From UHGV virus genome UHGV-0173438: 57,264 bases of DNA; one strand, 5' to 3'. Shown here one piece after another: positions 1-10,348 of this stretch (its first letter is position 1; every line of letters begins with the position of its first letter). The position numbers were made by a program, and so were the translations under genes. This DNA is from a virus. Under the pieces are notes generated by a model. It was not told where the DNA came from. It made no database searches and saw only the letters and a list, made by a program, of their open reading frames with translations.

Positions 1-54
1 GACGTTGAACATAGAATATCTACCTTAGAAAACAACGTTCATACAACATTATAA
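1..54 (+). CDS. 3' end of the membrane/coiled-coil protein starting at 57040 (wraps the circular junction)
   Basis: 57040-57264 is exactly 75 codons and continues in frame as DVEHRISTLENNVHTTL-TAA at 1-54. Confidence 0.8.
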   Translation, partial: DVEHRISTLENNVHTTL

Positions 55-184
55 GGAGGTTAAAAGAAAATGAAAAATGTAGAAAACAGATTAATTACTA
101 ATAACTTATTGGTGGAATTAATTTAAGTATTGAAACATTACTTGTAGTAGAATATGAGGTTACTGAGGATTAAAGGAGTTTAAA

Positions 185-514
185 ATGAATAAAATTGAAA
201 TTATTAAAACTTGCATATTAATTATAATTGCTTTAGGAATTATAATATACTATATAATCAAAGCAATTAAAAATAAATGGTTACAAAAATTAACTACAAC
301 TATTGAAAGTGCTATAGTGCATGCAGAAACAAAATTTCCAAATGGTCACGGTGAGGAAAAACTACAATTTGTACTTAATACAGTTAAGGAAAAATGCAAT
401 GAGTTAGGAATACCTTATTCCTTATTATATAAGCTCATACAAAAATTAGTTAATACAATTATTGCAAATTACAATATTATTTCAAAGAAAAAAAAATTAA
501 ACGATAAGAAATGA
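185..514 (+). CDS. putative holin (LL-H-like)
   Basis: single N-terminal TM helix, then AIVHAE..G.GEEKL pattern and basic C-terminus; AAGGAG RBS. Confidence 0.55.
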   Translation: MNKIEIIKTCILIIIALGIIIYYIIKAIKNKWLQKLTTTIESAIVHAETKFPNGHGEEKLQFVLNTVKEKCNELGIPYSLLYKLIQKLVNTIIANYNIISKKKKLNDKK

Positions 515-987
515 TAAGCAATGAAATATTAAATAATGAATTAAATTTGTTTAATATGCTTGGTAATTATGAAATAGAAATAGGTGTTATAACAAAAAAC
601 ACTAAAAGAAAAATTTCATTTGGTATTACTAATGCAGAATTAATGTATATTCATGAAAACGGTTCGCCTTTAAACAATATTCCAGCAAGACCAGTGTTGG
701 ATATGACAATTAAATATACAAATAATAGTTTATTGAATGATGCAATTAATAATTGTATAAATGGTATATTATACTCTAATTGGAAGCAAATGGAAATTGA
801 AACAGAATTAAAGAAACTATGTATTAGGATGGAAAATTATGCTAGAAGTATAATTTATTCAAATGATGGAAGATTGGCTCCTAATAGTCCAAAAGTTGCT
901 GCTAAAAAGAAAGGAAATCATCCATTATTTGATACAGGACAACTTGCAAGAAGTATAACTTGCAGATTAGTTAATAAAAGTTTATAA
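511..987 (+). CDS. neck/tail-completion (virion morphogenesis) protein
   Basis: TNAELMYIHENG..IPARP and LAPNS..KK..PLFDTGQL motifs typical of this family. Confidence 0.7.
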   Translation: MISNEILNNELNLFNMLGNYEIEIGVITKNTKRKISFGITNAELMYIHENGSPLNNIPARPVLDMTIKYTNNSLLNDAINNCINGILYSNWKQMEIETELKKLCIRMENYARSIIYSNDGRLAPNSPKVAAKKKGNHPLFDTGQLARSITCRLVNKSL

Positions 988-1021
988 ATAAATTTTTATT
1001 AACTAAAATGATTATATCAAT

Positions 1022-1046
1022 TCAAAAACGTATGATATAATATAAA
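1022..1046 (+). promoter_or_regulatory. extended -10 promoter (TGnTATAAT) for the scaffold-capsid operon
   Basis: tatgaTATAAT about 35 nt upstream of the ATG at 1075; RBS GAAAGGA. Confidence 0.55.
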
Positions 1047-1074
1047 TATAAAATATAGAAAGGAAAGACAGGTT

Positions 1075-1485
1075 ATGAAAAAATATCGCATTAAAGATGA
1101 AGATGGTTCAACATTTGAAGTTGAAGAATTTAATGACGAAGATGTTGTTGAAGGAGCAAAGGAAGAAACAATTGCTGTTTCATTAACAAATCAGGAATTT
1201 TTAGTATTAAAAGAATTACTAAAAATTGCACCAAAAGTTATTGAATTAATTAATCAACAAAAAGTTGACGAAAAAGAAGAAATTGAAGAAGAAATTAAAT
1301 CAGAAGATGCTTTAGAAGAAGAAAAGGATGACAAAAAATCTGAAGAAGAAGTTATTGAAACAAAAACAAAAGACGCAAAAACTTCGTATGGTTCTCTTAC
1401 AAAGCAAACAAAGACAGTTGATTCAATTGATGCAAACGAAGAAATTGAATCTGCTTGGACAAAACGTTATGGAGGTGTTAAATAA
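1075..1485 (+). CDS. putative capsid scaffolding protein
   Basis: very acidic, low complexity; immediately upstream of the decoration and major capsid genes. Confidence 0.55.
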   Translation: MKKYRIKDEDGSTFEVEEFNDEDVVEGAKEETIAVSLTNQEFLVLKELLKIAPKVIELINQQKVDEKEEIEEEIKSEDALEEEKDDKKSEEEVIETKTKDAKTSYGSLTKQTKTVDSIDANEEIESAWTKRYGGVK

Positions 1486-1991
1486 TGTCATTAATTATTA
1501 AAGACAAAATTGCAATGTTGATGAAAGGCTTCCCCACAGTAAGTGATAAATATAATCTTACAGGTGGAACACTTGCTGGTACTAAACCAGTTCAATTCGG
1601 GGAATTAGTAAAATTCTCTGCAACAAAAGGTTATTATGAAGCAATCACTGCTCAAGTAACAATTGACCAAATCGCAGGATTTGTAATGGGTACAAATGTT
1701 AAATTAAATGAATTATGGCCAGAAGGTCAAGTTCAAGTTAATCCGGGTGAAGCATTTAACTTAACTTTACCTGGAACGTATATGGCAATTGAAGTTGCAT
1801 CAGATGCTACAGAAGCAAATATAGCAGCAAATAAGAAAGTATTTGTTGATTTAACAACAGGTAAACTTACAACATCAGATAAAACATCTGAAACCGTAGT
1901 TGAATTACCAAATGTAGTGTTTACAGGTACTTGGGAAGACCGAGGAACAGCTGCAGCACACAAATATTTAGCAGAAATTTTAATTAAATAG
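1485..1991 (+). CDS. capsid decoration/cement protein
   Basis: 168 aa directly before the MCP; GFP..V.FG..V pattern. Confidence 0.65.
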   Translation: MSLIIKDKIAMLMKGFPTVSDKYNLTGGTLAGTKPVQFGELVKFSATKGYYEAITAQVTIDQIAGFVMGTNVKLNELWPEGQVQVNPGEAFNLTLPGTYMAIEVASDATEANIAANKKVFVDLTTGKLTTSDKTSETVVELPNVVFTGTWEDRGTAAAHKYLAEILIK

Positions 1992-2003
1992 GAGGATTTT
2001 AAA

Positions 2004-3113
2004 ATGATGGACGCTACTTTTACTCCCTCAAAAATAGAAAAGAATTTTTTCGTTGATAGTATTGCTGCAAATAAAAGAGGAAAATGTTTTAGTATTGATG
2101 CTATAGTAAATCCTAGTGCAAAAAATATTTATGTAACTGATTCTACTATACACGATGCAAACTTTGCATTTCTATCAACAACTCTTGCAAAATTACATAC
2201 AAAATTATATGAGCCAAAATATTGGGTAACATATTCAAGAGACATTCCAGTAGACGTTGGTGGTGGCTTTGTAGATTATGTAAGTTATTATACAGTTGAC
2301 TGGGCTGGTATTATGAATGAATTTAGAAATGTAATGGGCAATAATGCAAACTATATTCCTAGAGTTAATGCTGGTTTAAATCAAAAGAAAGTAAATGTTT
2401 ATACATTCGAAGTTGCATATGATTTACGTTTCATCGAATTAGAAAAGATGAAAAAATTAACATTACAAAAATCAATTCAAGACATTTATGCAAATGCAAT
2501 CGTTGCTGGTTGGGATTTATTTGTTCAAAAAATTGCATATGTTGGAACAACTCAAGGTCATGGATTATTTAATAGTCCAAATGTAGCAGTTACAACTATT
2601 GACAATTCACAAGCAAAAGGTAAAGGATTTATTGGTTTATCAGACGAAGAAGTTGTATCTTGGTTAAATGGTGTATTTGCATACTATCTAAAGAATAGCA
2701 ATATGAATCCTGGTTTATTACCAGATACTTTCCGAGTTCCAACGTTTGTTGGTTCAGATTTAAGTGGTAGATTTAATACTTTATATACTTCTACTCTTCG
2801 TAAATTCCTAGTTGACCATAACTTAGCTGTTGAAGAAACAGATGGTCAGGTTAAAGTAACTATTGAGTCTAGACCAGACTTAGATACATTAGGTAATGGT
2901 GGACACGGTCGAATCGTAGCATATAAAAAGGATAAAGACTTTGTTCGTATCGATATGCCATATCCTATGCAACATTATATTACACTACCAAACATTGATA
3001 AGATGAGTTATACATCAGCATTTGTTGGTCAAGTATCAGAAGTGCAAATGCCATATAATACATCAAAAGATGAGATGGGTGTAGTATCATATTGGGATTT
3101 TACAACTAATTAA
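2004..3113 (+). CDS. major capsid protein (DUF2184-like, HK97 fold)
   Basis: 369 aa; LYEP..YSRDIPV, AYVG..GLFNSPNV, PDT..VP, RIVAYKKD motifs. Confidence 0.85.
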   Translation: MMDATFTPSKIEKNFFVDSIAANKRGKCFSIDAIVNPSAKNIYVTDSTIHDANFAFLSTTLAKLHTKLYEPKYWVTYSRDIPVDVGGGFVDYVSYYTVDWAGIMNEFRNVMGNNANYIPRVNAGLNQKKVNVYTFEVAYDLRFIELEKMKKLTLQKSIQDIYANAIVAGWDLFVQKIAYVGTTQGHGLFNSPNVAVTTIDNSQAKGKGFIGLSDEEVVSWLNGVFAYYLKNSNMNPGLLPDTFRVPTFVGSDLSGRFNTLYTSTLRKFLVDHNLAVEETDGQVKVTIESRPDLDTLGNGGHGRIVAYKKDKDFVRIDMPYPMQHYITLPNIDKMSYTSAFVGQVSEVQMPYNTSKDEMGVVSYWDFTTN

Positions 3114-3126
3114 TAATTAAAAGTTA

Positions 3127-3190
3127 TCTCAGAGAGTTTGAAACTTTTAATAGTAATATAATTACTAATTAAACTCTCTGAGAGTTTTTT
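3127..3190 (+). terminator. long hairpin terminator after the MCP
   Basis: tctcagagagttt (3127-3139) / aaactctctgaga (3171-3183) followed by a T-tract. Confidence 0.7.
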
Positions 3191-3214
3191 ATATTAAGTA
3201 AAGGAGTTAACAAA

Positions 3215-3700
3215 ATGGCAATTTTAGGAATAAATATAAGTAAAGATAATCCTGAATTTACAAAAGATGACTTTACCTTTTGGATGCCACAATTTTCAAA
3301 ATTCATCAACACAGATGAAGGTTTACTTTACTTTAATAAGCTTTATAAAATTTGTAATGCAAAAATTTTTTATTCAATTTATGGAACAGACTGGGAATAT
3401 GCAATGTGTTTGGCTATGGCCCATTATCTTACTTTAATTTCTAATCAATTGGGAGCACCGAGTGGAGCAACTCTTTCTGAAATTGCAGGAGGAGGTAATT
3501 ATAAAGGCATATTACAATCAGCAACAGTTGGTGATTTTAGTAAATCGTTTGATTTAGACAAAACTATGTCAAGAAAAGAAGAATCATTATTCTGGAATCA
3601 AACTTCATATGGTGCAGCATTAATGTCATTATTAGCATCAAAACCAATTGCATCAATTATGGTGGTTACATCTGGACCAGTAAATAAGAAGGTACAATGA
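3215..3700 (+). CDS. head-tail adaptor (DUF4054-like)
   Basis: F..WMPQF, LAMAHYL, SATVGDFSKS, FWNQTSYG motifs. Confidence 0.8.
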   Translation: MAILGINISKDNPEFTKDDFTFWMPQFSKFINTDEGLLYFNKLYKICNAKIFYSIYGTDWEYAMCLAMAHYLTLISNQLGAPSGATLSEIAGGGNYKGILQSATVGDFSKSFDLDKTMSRKEESLFWNQTSYGAALMSLLASKPIASIMVVTSGPVNKKVQ

Positions 3701-4119
3701 TGGCAAATTACCAAAACCATGTTGTAGACCCAAGTTATTTTTTTGATGCTATTGAACAATTTGCATTTGATTATGATGCATATATTGTCATTAATAAAGA
3801 TGTAGATGATTATGGTCGAATTATATCTAATTTCGATAAAGTTACTGTACGCGGTTCATTACAAACTCAAGGGGTACAAGTGGTTAGAAGTAAAACCGGT
3901 AATACTCATGATATAATTTATAATTTTTACTGTAAGTCATTATATAGACTTAAACCAAACGATGTTATTTTTTACAAAAATCAATATTTACTTGTTATTG
4001 ATGTACATGATTATGACGAGTGGGGGGTTAGAAGTTGTAAATTAAAAGCAATACAATTAACAAAGTATAATGATTTGCATGAATACATTAAATACATTAA
4101 CGGAGAAGTTATAATATGA
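3697..4119 (+). CDS. head closure/stopper protein
   Basis: position after the adaptor; DDYGR..GSLQ..D.I.Y pattern. Confidence 0.55.
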   Translation: MMANYQNHVVDPSYFFDAIEQFAFDYDAYIVINKDVDDYGRIISNFDKVTVRGSLQTQGVQVVRSKTGNTHDIIYNFYCKSLYRLKPNDVIFYKNQYLLVIDVHDYDEWGVRSCKLKAIQLTKYNDLHEYIKYINGEVII

Positions 4120-4658
4120 TTATTGCAGTTAATGATATTTTTGAATTAGATAAAATTTTACGTAATTATTTGATTTCTCAAACAGGATTAGATAACAAAA
4201 ATGTTATTAATGCATTATCTGTACGTGGTCCAGAATTAGAAGTATTAATTAGTGAACATACTTATTTTTCACCTAGTTTAAATGATACTATTTTAATTTT
4301 TGAGAACGAATCAAACGATACAAATAATAACATTAGTATGACAGAAGATATAAATAATATATCGATATATCAATCATTTAAATGTAAGATAATCATATAT
4401 GGTAATTATTCTAAAACACTTGCATTATTATTAAAAGCTAGGTTTGAGTCAGAAGTTATTAGAGATAGTTTATTTAGTGATGGTATTAATTTAGAAAAAA
4501 TTTCAAACCCTATATCCATAAATGAATTAAAAAATGAAACTGTGTGGATTAGAACAGATTTAGCAATAGAATATTCATGTAGATTATTAGTAGCAAATAA
4601 AACTACAAACGAACAAATCAAAGAAATTACAAAATTAACAATTATTAAGGAGGATTAA
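4116..4658 (+). CDS. tail terminator/neck protein
   Basis: position immediately before the sheath; IIYG and W.RTDL pattern. Confidence 0.5.
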   Translation: MIIAVNDIFELDKILRNYLISQTGLDNKNVINALSVRGPELEVLISEHTYFSPSLNDTILIFENESNDTNNNISMTEDINNISIYQSFKCKIIIYGNYSKTLALLLKARFESEVIRDSLFSDGINLEKISNPISINELKNETVWIRTDLAIEYSCRLLVANKTTNEQIKEITKLTIIKED

Positions 4659-4662
4659 ACTT

Positions 4663-5751
4663 ATGGCTATAAATAATAGACACTTTGTCGATATAAACAT
4701 TGTGCATAATAAAATTAGTACTATAAGTAATATTAGAGATACTGTAGTTGTATTTACTAGTGCAGAAAAATTAAAAAATATTGATGCAAAAGGTAAATTA
4801 TATGTTTCTTATGCTGACTATACTGCAGATACAGCTGTTGCTGCACAAGATTCAACTTTAGATGCTTTTATAAAAGTATTTTTCGATAACTCAGGCAACA
4901 AAGTATTAGTTAAATATACAACGTCTGAAGGATTGGCTGCAGCAATAACTGCTTTAGAAGACGAATATATAGTAGTTGCTTATGCTGCAACTGGTAACTA
5001 TAGTGTTATGCAACCAATCGCTACAGCCAGAGAGGCAAATGTTGATATATATGGTATTAAACAAAAAATTTTACTTGCTTCATATTATGATTCAACTTTT
5101 AAAAATATAGTTGCTGCAAAAAATTTTGCAGTTAAATACAGCAATATTATTGGTGCAGAAATGACTATTGCTGCATATTTAAGCAATGTAAATATTAATG
5201 GTATTAATACGATAAATGATTATTGCTTTACCCAAGAAGTTCTTACTGCAAACGAAGCAGACGAAACTGTTTTACAAAAAGTATTAGAAAATAATATGAA
5301 TGTTGTAATGTCGCTTGCTGGTGTAGATAGAAATTTAGGTGGAAATTTAACAGATGGATTAGATTTGATTAACCAGTTTGTGTTAATTGTTTTACAACAA
5401 ATATTAACTGAAAAAGTAATAAACTCTTTAGCCCAAAAAATTAAAGGAAGTACGGGTTTAGCAACATTATATTCTGTTATTATTAACGAATTAAGTAAAT
5501 TTAAAACAAATGGGTATTTGACAACAGATAAAGTATGGTTAAATAATACACTAACTACTGTAGCAAACGGTAATAATTATACTATCATTGAAAAAGGTAC
5601 TCCTTTGATTAATGGTTATTATGTTACAATTTTACCTTTATCATCATTAACCCAAGAAGAAAAGGCAGCTCATAAAGCACCATATATTTATGTTGTATTG
5701 GCGGATTCATACGGTATACGTACAGTACAAATAAATGGAGAAGTAATTTAA
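4663..5751 (+). CDS. contractile tail sheath protein (DUF3383-like, compact)
   Basis: N-terminal FVDINI; C-terminal GYYV..L..E..AHKAP..V..YGIRTVQING sheath signature. Confidence 0.75.
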   Translation: MAINNRHFVDINIVHNKISTISNIRDTVVVFTSAEKLKNIDAKGKLYVSYADYTADTAVAAQDSTLDAFIKVFFDNSGNKVLVKYTTSEGLAAAITALEDEYIVVAYAATGNYSVMQPIATAREANVDIYGIKQKILLASYYDSTFKNIVAAKNFAVKYSNIIGAEMTIAAYLSNVNINGINTINDYCFTQEVLTANEADETVLQKVLENNMNVVMSLAGVDRNLGGNLTDGLDLINQFVLIVLQQILTEKVINSLAQKIKGSTGLATLYSVIINELSKFKTNGYLTTDKVWLNNTLTTVANGNNYTIIEKGTPLINGYYVTILPLSSLTQEEKAAHKAPYIYVVLADSYGIRTVQINGEVI

Positions 5752-5765
5752 GGAGGATAATAAAA

Positions 5766-6215
5766 ATGAGATATTCATTAAGTGATTATATTTTATCGAT
5801 TACTAATTTACCGACTAGTTTAGGTTTAGAAAATAACTCAATCTCTGTAGGTGGAGAAGGCAGTTATTTAAACTCAATTGCTGCAGAAAATACTGGAAAT
5901 ATGTTTTCTACATCTGGTGACGCAACCGGTTCTTGGGTGCATAATAAAAGTTTGGATAGAACAGGAACAATTACAATAGATATAAATCAAATGTCTCCTC
6001 AAATTGCAAACTTGGTACAAATTTTAACAGTATTTTACAATGTTGACGATGATAGAAATACAGATGGCATGACAATTTCATTGCTGGATAGAAACATGAA
6101 ACACGTATTTGATGCGAAAGATTGTTTTGTTCAAAAAATACCTAGACAATCCTTTGGTCAAACAGCAGACAATCAATCTTGGGTAATTACTTCTGGTCAA
6201 TTAACATTTAATTAA
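5766..6215 (+). CDS. tail tube protein (DUF3277-like)
   Basis: follows the sheath; YS.., GDATG, GTITI.INQMSP, FG..A...W motifs. Confidence 0.75.
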   Translation: MRYSLSDYILSITNLPTSLGLENNSISVGGEGSYLNSIAAENTGNMFSTSGDATGSWVHNKSLDRTGTITIDINQMSPQIANLVQILTVFYNVDDDRNTDGMTISLLDRNMKHVFDAKDCFVQKIPRQSFGQTADNQSWVITSGQLTFN

Positions 6216-6218
6216 ATT

Positions 6219-6258
6219 AAAATGCATTAATAATATTTAATTATTAATGCATTTTTTT
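6219..6258. terminator. bidirectional intrinsic terminator between convergent transcription units
   Basis: aaaatgcattaataa / ttattaatgcatttt perfect 15-bp inverted repeat with T-tract. Confidence 0.7.
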
Positions 6259-6266
6259 ATAAAAAG

Positions 6267-6358
6267 GTTTAAAATTTATTCATAGATGAATTTTTATAAG
6301 AAATTAATATACTTATATTAATTATAAGAGAAAATTCAAATTTTGATAAATTTTAAAC
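6267..6358. repeat. long imperfect palindrome (family member)
   Basis: gtttaaaatttat / ataaattttaaac arms; core gaatttttataagaaattaatat-actt-atattaatt nearly identical to 12993-13028. Confidence 0.7.
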
Positions 6359-6370
6359 ATTTAATATCAT

Positions 6371-7294
6371 TTATTTAAAAATTGTATCTTTAGTACACAT
6401 TTTATAATCTTTATCATCTCTTCTTCGAATATATACCGGATGACGTAAACTTTTATTTGTTATTTCTTGACATTTTACTTCTATAACAGAATGTAACCAT
6501 TCTTTTCTATGTATATTCCATAATTCACGTTCTGCATCTGTACCACAATTGACTTTTGAAATAGGGATAAACTTGTCATTTTTTTCATCATAATATCCTA
6601 TTTCTAATGCACCAATTGTATTTGCATATTTTCCGTTGCCATTTTGATAACCACATACAACACAATCGACCGTTTCAAATTTTTTACATTTCAAACTTGC
6701 CCCTTTATCATAATATGCTCTTTCAAGAGACTTTATAACACAACCTTCGAAACCTTCAGATAAGGCAACTTGCATAAATTCCATTGCATTTTCTTTTGAT
6801 ATAACTTGAGTTGATTCCACTACGCTCATATTATTCATATTCAATGCTTCAACGACGTCAATTGCTCTATATAATCTTTCAAGATATGCTGCGTCTCGTA
6901 TATCTGTATCATCAAAAAATAAACAATCGAATACAGCAAACTTTACCTTAACTCCATTTTTTTGTAATGTATGTGCTCTTTCTGGTAAAGAATGTAACAC
7001 ACCAACTATTTCAGACCAATTTGCTGCATAGCATTCACAATCAATAACAGTATAACCAATATTTTGTAATGTAGGCAAATTTATAATTTTATCTTCGTTT
7101 TGAGTAAATAAACCATTCTTGCCAATTCGTCTTGATGTACAATATGTTTTACCATTATCAAAATGTATTAACATTCTTTCACCGTCATATTTTCTTTGCG
7201 CCACTATTGTTTCAGATTCAAACATTGAGTTTAAATATTTATCAGTATAACTACTAATATGATCTGCATGATTTGGTTTAATTTGTAATATCAT
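6371..7294 (-). CDS. ATP-dependent DNA ligase
   Basis: KYDGER (KxDG), IDCE, FAVFD, EGCVIK, LKCK motifs; C-terminal OB fold with LRHP. Confidence 0.92.
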   Translation of the reverse strand: MILQIKPNHADHISSYTDKYLNSMFESETIVAQRKYDGERMLIHFDNGKTYCTSRRIGKNGLFTQNEDKIINLPTLQNIGYTVIDCECYAANWSEIVGVLHSLPERAHTLQKNGVKVKFAVFDCLFFDDTDIRDAAYLERLYRAIDVVEALNMNNMSVVESTQVISKENAMEFMQVALSEGFEGCVIKSLERAYYDKGASLKCKKFETVDCVVCGYQNGNGKYANTIGALEIGYYDEKNDKFIPISKVNCGTDAERELWNIHRKEWLHSVIEVKCQEITNKSLRHPVYIRRRDDKDYKMCTKDTIFK

Positions 7295-7621
7295 TTAATT
7301 CTCCTTTTTAAATATAAATGGAAATTTTGTTTCCATTATTTTTTTAATACAATTTAAATCATATGCCAAAATATAAAGTATATGCCATTGTTGTTCACAT
7401 CTTTGTTGCCATTTCTTTTGCATGCTTCTTTGTTTACCATTTGTTGCTTTCGTCTCAATTTCAATGTGCATACCATCTATAACAACATATAAATCTGCTG
7501 CTCCTTCTTTATATGCAAATCCTCCTGCTTGTCTACGTTCAATATATACAGGGTAACCAAGTTCTGCATATTTTTTAAAATATTTAATAATAGATAATTG
7601 TATTTTTTTCTCTTCTAACAT
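7295..7621 (-). CDS. VRR-NUC family nuclease
   Basis: E..IQ..I, G.AD, IEIETK..G.Q..Q motifs. Confidence 0.8.
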   Translation of the reverse strand: MLEEKKIQLSIIKYFKKYAELGYPVYIERRQAGGFAYKEGAADLYVVIDGMHIEIETKATNGKQRSMQKKWQQRCEQQWHILYILAYDLNCIKKIMETKFPFIFKKEN

Positions 7622-7926
7622 AAATATTTTAATAACTCCTCTGAAATTGCTAAATATAATGGATTATCATATTTTAAATCGCTAAATATTTTTAATCGAT
7701 TTAATAATTTATCATTTGCTTTACTTAATTTCATTACTTGATAAAATTCTGAAATAAATAACTCTATTGTATTTGTATAAATGGACAATAAATATTGTTT
7801 TTGTCTGTCATTTAATATATTCTCATTATCATTTAAATAGTTTTTAATCTCATAATATGTTTTGCATTTTTCATTATAACATAAATCATTACCACATTTT
7901 TCACATAATGACTTTAAAATGTTCAT
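7615..7926 (-). CDS. hypothetical protein (N-terminal Cys cluster)
   Basis: coupled ORF; CxxC..C...C. Confidence 0.6.
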   Translation of the reverse strand: MNILKSLCEKCGNDLCYNEKCKTYYEIKNYLNDNENILNDRQKQYLLSIYTNTIELFISEFYQVMKLSKANDKLLNRLKIFSDLKYDNPLYLAISEELLKYLC

Positions 7927-9432
7927 TTATTTTTCCTCCTCCTCAATAAGCTCTGTAATACGTAATATATCACTGTCAAACATTTGTTGATTATAATCAA
8001 TCGCTTCTAATAATGCTTTTTTCATTGAATAATCTAACCAATTCTTTTGATAAAAGATATGATAAATACATGTATTTTTTTGACCAATTCGATGTATTCT
8101 TTTTATACCTTGAGCATAATCTTTATATAACGGTAAACTAAAAATAATACATTTATTATATTCTTGCCAATTCATACCAGTTGAGCCACTTGCAAAATTT
8201 GCAAGAATTATATTTTTTTTATTTATTAATTTTTCACTATTTGATAGGGATGTAAATTTGTTATAATAATGAAGTGATTTAACTTCTCCACAATATACAT
8301 CGATATTGTAACCTAGTTGCTCACAAATTTCATAAATTTCTAATAACTCTGGAACGAAGTTATAAAACAAAACATAATTATCTTCATTGTTTTCTAAAAA
8401 TGTTTTTAATTGAATTAAACGTCGTTTATCATACCATTTGGCTTCTTCCATATTACCTTGAAAGCCAATTGACAACTGTCTAGCTCGTAACCAAAATTGT
8501 CCATTTGTTTCAGCAAGCCATTTTAAATCAGGATATGCAATGTTTTTATAAAATGGATTAATACCGCATATTTCTTCACAATTACGTTTTTTTAATTCCT
8601 CATTTATTATTTTTTTCATTTTTTTATTAGTTGAGTCAGAAGTAAATAATAAAAATTTTTCAGAAAATGAGGTAGTATGTTCAACAAATATTTTTTCTGG
8701 TAAGTCAATAACTTCATCACTATTTATTGTTAATGCATATCTATGTACTAATCTAAATAAACTTTCAATATTTTTATAACCTATAATAGGTTGTTGCCAA
8801 CCTAATAGACCAGGTATGTTACCCCTGATGCAATACGCATCTATAAAATCAGATTTTGTACCTTGATATCCAAGTAATTTTAATTGACTATATAAGTCAA
8901 TATAACCAGTTGCAAATGGTGTACCTGTTAATAAATATGTAAATACTTTACAATTACTTTTTAATAAACGTATTATTTGAGCTGTGACTTTAGTTTGCAC
9001 AGATTGCAAATTTTTCAATCTATGACTTTCATCAATAATAACCGCTACATTTTCTTTTTGACAAGATTTTATAAACGATAAAACATTATCACGTATGCTA
9101 TTTATTCTTGATTTTCTTTTAAATAAATACTCATAATTAATTACATAACAACTATTAGTATTTATAAACTCTTTAGCTGTTTTTGAATAAAGCTTATATT
9201 GCAATTGAGATTGCTTTGCCCAGTAAAACCATGACCCCTTGTCATTTTCTGTTTCAAGTGCCTTACTATTTAATGTAATAATCAACACTTTTGTACAATT
9301 ATTTGCTTCTGCTAATGCAAGACTTAATGGGGTTTTTCCTAAACCCATATCCAAAAATAAGCCAAATGATTCTTTGTCTTTAAATTTATCTATGATTTTC
9401 TTTTGCCAATCATAGAGCATTTCATAAATCAT
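7927..9432 (-). CDS. SNF2-family helicase
   Basis: LYDWQ, DMGLGKT, IIDESH, LTGTP, GSTGMN, Q..RIHRIGQ. Confidence 0.92.
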   Translation of the reverse strand: MIYEMLYDWQKKIIDKFKDKESFGLFLDMGLGKTPLSLALAEANNCTKVLIITLNSKALETENDKGSWFYWAKQSQLQYKLYSKTAKEFINTNSCYVINYEYLFKRKSRINSIRDNVLSFIKSCQKENVAVIIDESHRLKNLQSVQTKVTAQIIRLLKSNCKVFTYLLTGTPFATGYIDLYSQLKLLGYQGTKSDFIDAYCIRGNIPGLLGWQQPIIGYKNIESLFRLVHRYALTINSDEVIDLPEKIFVEHTTSFSEKFLLFTSDSTNKKMKKIINEELKKRNCEEICGINPFYKNIAYPDLKWLAETNGQFWLRARQLSIGFQGNMEEAKWYDKRRLIQLKTFLENNEDNYVLFYNFVPELLEIYEICEQLGYNIDVYCGEVKSLHYYNKFTSLSNSEKLINKKNIILANFASGSTGMNWQEYNKCIIFSLPLYKDYAQGIKRIHRIGQKNTCIYHIFYQKNWLDYSMKKALLEAIDYNQQMFDSDILRITELIEEEEK

Positions 9433-9454
9433 TTTTTATTTTCTCCTTTTTAAA

Positions 9455-9560
9455 ATATAGGCGTTGGAATAACGATACCTACTCGCCACAATTTACGGTA
9501 CTCAGTTTTCTATGTCGTTTCCTTTCCTCTCTCCAAGTTTAAAGTCATATGAGCGGACTA
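9455..9560 (-). ncRNA. candidate structured RNA in the 5' leader of the helicase gene
   Basis: GC-rich non-coding island with several possible helices and a possible pseudoknot; class not recognised. Confidence 0.35.
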
Positions 9561-9561
9561 A

Positions 9562-9816
9562 TTATTTAAAATATTGTTGTATTACTTTTTCGACAATCGA
9601 TTTGCTTACATTTTTTCTAACCACATTTTCTTTAAAATTTCTTATGTGATTTGAGTTTGGCTCAATATAATGACCTATTCTAATTCTATAACTATCTGTT
9701 CTGAATATGTAAACTGCATTTGATGAATTACTACGACTTATTTTTACATTATATTTCTTTTGTAATTCATATAATTCGTCATTTGGATTTGTTATTATAT
9801 AATCTTTTATCTTCAT
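9562..9816 (-). CDS. hypothetical protein
   Basis: ORF with AGGAGG RBS. Confidence 0.7.
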   Translation of the reverse strand: MKIKDYIITNPNDELYELQKKYNVKISRSNSSNAVYIFRTDSYRIRIGHYIEPNSNHIRNFKENVVRKNVSKSIVEKVIQQYFK

Positions 9817-9827
9817 TTTTTTCCTCC

Positions 9828-9898
9828 TAAGTAATTTCAGAAGAATTTAAATTAATATTTATATAATTAATTATGATTTGAATTCTCAGAAGTTACTT
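9828..9898. repeat. long imperfect palindrome (family member)
   Basis: aagtaatttc..agaatttaaatta / tgatttgaattct..gaagttactt. Confidence 0.6.
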
Positions 9899-10289
9899 TA
9901 TTTTTAACAAAATAGTTTCCACAGCAGTAATCCCCACAATCCCATATATCTTCTAGAACGTAGTCTCTAACTACTGTATAATGATGAGTAGTGGAGATTA
10001 ATACTCCATATTCCATTTCATCACTTGTTATATAATCATCTATATTTTTAATTTTTATTTTTTTACCATCTATTTTTGGTTGTTTCATCTTAATCCAACC
10101 ATGCTTTTTCATTATATAATCAACTACTTCTCTTGAATATACAGCATATCCGGTTTTTAAACAACTTTCATATTGCTCTTTCAATGCTTTTTCATAAGTA
10201 ATATTTAATATATTACATAAAGCTCTAGTTGTACAATCGCCGGTTTTTTTCTTTTTTGGATTTTTATTTATTTTATAAAATTCTAACAT
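9867..10289 (-). CDS. papain/C39-like Cys-His-Asp fold protein
   Basis: GDCTTRAL ... HHYTVV ... DIWD arrangement. Confidence 0.45.
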   Translation of the reverse strand: MLEFYKINKNPKKKKTGDCTTRALCNILNITYEKALKEQYESCLKTGYAVYSREVVDYIMKKHGWIKMKQPKIDGKKIKIKNIDDYITSDEMEYGVLISTTHHYTVVRDYVLEDIWDCGDYCCGNYFVKNKVTSENSNHN

Positions 10290-10348
10290 ATTAATTACTT
10301 CCTAATAATTCTAAAGAATCTATTTAATTTTAATTTTCTAAAAATGCA

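Noticed and set aside
9455..9560. tRNA, TPP riboswitch, hammerhead, pistol or HDV-like ribozyme
   Set aside because: Only fragments resemble these (CUGAG, GUGGCGAGUAGG, UUAAA); no cloverleaf, CUGAnGA/GAAA core or complete consensus
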